Origin: Tubulanus polymorphus
Taxonomy: Eukaryota > Animalia > Nemertea
Assembly (NCBI RefSeq): GCF_964204645.1
Contig: NC_134030.1
Span: forward strand, 1,285,355 to 1,349,354
Length of the DNA stretch: 64,000 bases
Direction of reading: 5' to 3'
The notes under the pieces are model-generated. The model worked only from the letters and a program-made list of their open reading frames with translations. It did no database searches and was not told the origin of the DNA. Below are positions 62,906 through 64,000 of the stretch, in pieces. The position numbers and the translations under genes are program-made. Position 1 is the first letter of the stretch. Each line of letters begins with the position of its first letter.

Positions 62906-64000
62906 CATATAGAGAATTAGTGGATGTGGTGTCCCTGGACCCCTACATGCACCATATAGAGAATTAGTGGATGTGGTGTCCCTGGACCCCTACATGCACC
63001 ATATAGAGAATTAGTGGATGTGGTGTCCCTGGACCCCTACATGCATCATATAGAGAATTAGTGGATGTGGTGTCCCTGGACCCCTACATGCACCATATAG
63101 AGAATTAGTGGATGTGGTGTCCCTGGACCCCTACATGCACCATATAGAGAATTAGTGGATGTGGTGTCCCTGGACCCCTACATGCACCATATAGAGAATT
63201 AGTGGATGTGGTGTCCCTGGACCCCTACATGCACCATATAGAGAATTAGTGGATGTGGTGTCCCTGGACCCCTACATGCACCATATAGAGAATTAGTGGA
63301 TGTGGTGTCCCTGGACCCCTACATGCACCATATAGAGAATTAGTGGATGTGGTGTCCCTGGACCCCTACATGCACCATATAGAGAATTAGTGGATGTGGT
63401 GTCCCTGGACCCCTACATGCACCATATAGAGAATTAGTGGATGTGGTGTCCCTGGACCCCTACATGCACCATATAGAGAATTAGTGGATGTGGTGTCCCT
63501 GGACCCCTACATGCACCATATAGAGAATTAGTGGATGTGGTGTCCCTGGACCCCTACATGCATCATATAGAGAATTAGTGGATGTGGTGTCCCTGGACCC
63601 CTACATGCACCATATAGAGAATTAGTGGATGTGGTGTCCCTGGACCCCTACATGCACCATATAGAGAATTAGTGGATGTGGTGTCCCTGGACCCCTACAT
63701 GCACCATATAGAGAATTAGTGGATGTGGTGTCCCTGGACCCCTACATGCACCATATAGAGAATTAGTGGATGTGGTGTCCCTGGACCCCTACATGCACCA
63801 TATAGAGAATTAGTGGATGTGGTGTCCCTGGACCCCTACATGCACCATATAGAGAATTAGTGGATGTGGTGTCCCTGGACCCCTACATGCACCATATAGA
63901 GAATTAGTGGATGTGGTGTCCCTGGACCCCTACATGCACCATATAGAGAATAAGTGGATGTGGTGTCCCTGGACCCCTACATGCACCATATAGAGAATTA
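62906..64000 (+). repeat. 47-bp satellite, second copy (runs off the window end)
   Basis: Same 47-bp unit. Confidence 0.98.

Overview
AT-rich, intron-containing eukaryotic DNA (animal-like; the taxon cannot be fixed from sequence). Bases 1-~3080 recur from 60701 to the end, so the window looks like one ~60.7-kb unit of a giant tandem or segmental repeat plus the start of the next. The six-frame ORF track is mostly repeat artefact. Reading splice sites by hand gives an intact 9-exon, phase-consistent orphan gene on + (5078..21274, 341 aa; 'gene A'). It encodes a basic N-terminus, polyQ/polyS tracts, S/T-P-rich disorder, a ~50-aa conserved core and NLS-like clusters. A candidate promoter and 5' exon for the next copy lie at ~60060-60219, so the first intron would span two satellite arrays. 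On the minus strand (46368..54270) is a scrambled antisense collection of the same gene's exons. It holds ~12 diverged exon-1 copies, copies lacking intron 1 or intron 5, frameshifted last-exon copies and one spliceable 135-aa paralogue. The rest is satellites and minisatellites, a decayed DIRS retrotransposon with nested DNA transposons, an IS3EU-type element with a perfect 6-bp TSD, MITEs and probable spliced non-coding transcripts. No rRNA, intact tRNA, CRISPR array or prokaryotic features were seen.
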